Shown here: positions 50,920 through 51,275 of the stretch, one piece after another
Layout of the letters: each line of letters opens with the position of its first letter
Numbering within the stretch: the stretch's first letter is position 1
NCBI GenBank assembly: GCA_041657385.1
Contig: JBBABZ010000005.1
Location: 1-51,275, forward strand
DNA from: Minisyncoccota bacterium
Lineage (GTDB): Bacteria; Patescibacteriota; Minisyncoccia; Minisyncoccales; JAQTVQ01
Length of the DNA: 51,275 nucleotides
Reading direction: 5' to 3'
Notes under the pieces: model-generated
Told to the model about the DNA's origin: nothing
Seen by the model: only the letters and a program-made list of their open reading frames with translations
Databases searched by the model: none
Translations under genes and position numbers: made by a program

Positions 50920-50949
50920 AAACCATACCTTTCCGAAAGGTATGGTTTT
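50920..50949 (+). terminator. Hairpin terminator downstream of uvrA
   Basis: AAACCATACCTTTC / GAAAGGTATGGTTT with A/T flanks. Confidence 0.55.
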
Positions 50950-50964
50950 GGGATTGTCCTCCTC

Positions 50965-50993
50965 TTGACAGGATATTGTCATTGTGGTATAGT
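50965..50993 (+). promoter_or_regulatory. Strong extended -10 promoter reading out of the window
   Basis: TTGACA (50965-70), 17-nt spacer, TGgTATAGT (50985-93). I recognise no convincing ORF or known RNA in the remaining 280 nt. Confidence 0.55.
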
Positions 50994-51275
50994 ATTAATA
51001 TTGAAACTGAAGTTCTGGGATCGGCTTTCCGGATCCGTCTGGAGATCCCGACCCCAGGACATTGAAGCACATTTACAAAAGAATATCGTTTTGAATACCG
51101 CGATCCTCATTCTTCTTCCATTTTTTCCATTACTTTTACGGACAACATCCCGCATACCTCAACAAAAGAGGCGAACGGAATGTTATTCGTAAAAGCAAAA
51201 TTAATTTACAGCCAAGGCAAAATGCCTTTGGCTGTAACCAGCCAAAGCAATAAGCCCTAGGCTGAAAAAAATGGA

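Noticed and set aside
50965-51192. The 75-aa ORF at the window end (and a 26-codon ORF at about 51179).
   Set aside because: The long ORF starts upstream of the predicted promoter -10 and is Leu/Ile/Pro-rich with no motif. The short one has only a weak AGAGG. Neither is supportable without more sequence.

Overview
This 51.3 kb window looks like chromosome from a small, AT-rich bacterium that uses the standard code (TGA terminates several well-supported genes). By inference only, it fits a Candidate Phyla Radiation / Patescibacteria-type organism. The clues are many pilin-like and DUF5667-type secreted proteins, a compact UvrC, nucleotide-salvage genes, fragmented ribosomal-protein synteny and no biosynthetic operons.

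Most of the window is housekeeping:
- Nucleotide and tRNA functions: tmk, deoC, gatB, miaB-miaA, valS.
- Replication and RNA processing: dnaE, rnhB, and an rpmF-nusB-rnc run.
- Ribosomal and tRNA cluster: rpsP-KH-trmD, then tRNA-Tyr / tRNA-Thr / rpmG (unlisted 53-aa ORF) / tRNA-Trp, pcm, rplJ-rplL. tRNA-Val and tRNA-Glu lie elsewhere.
- Cell division: the start of the dcw cluster, mraZ-rsmH-ftsL-ftsI.
- Envelope and transport: a glycosylation and transport block (sugar nucleotidyltransferase, NUDIX, GT2, GtrA, permease, CaCA).
- Repair: divergent uvrCB / uvrA.

I found no rRNA, no CRISPR array and no recognisable canonical defence system.

The parts that deserve a second look:
1. Two GC3-rich paralogous type IV pilin genes share about 250 nt of near-identical pilin module but carry unrelated C-terminal heads. 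One head is a FISUMP lectin-like domain. The other is a BspA/DUF285-like LRR built from near-identical 87-bp tandem repeats. An intact IS3-family element sits next to the second gene.
2. A GIY-YIG mini-ORF is bracketed exactly (start to stop codon) by a perfect 13-bp inverted repeat. It sits between a promoter plus GTGG/DnaA-box-like repeat array and mraZ.
3. Several unannotated RNA-like or MITE-like structures lie around tRNA genes. These are a roughly 155-nt multi-helix element between tRNA-Tyr and tRNA-Thr, a tRNA-Val 3'-half remnant with a compensatory T-stem change, and a 45-nt palindromic insert flanked by 10-bp direct repeats at the tRNA-Glu 3' end.
4. There are small promoter-to-terminator units and micro-ORFs, a 63-aa hyper-acidic protein behind a near-consensus promoter, and a phased array of TTCC-N-GGAA-type palindromes.
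5. A secreted protein combines DUF5667, Kazal and DUF333 domains.

All functional interpretations of these are hypotheses. None could be checked against databases here.
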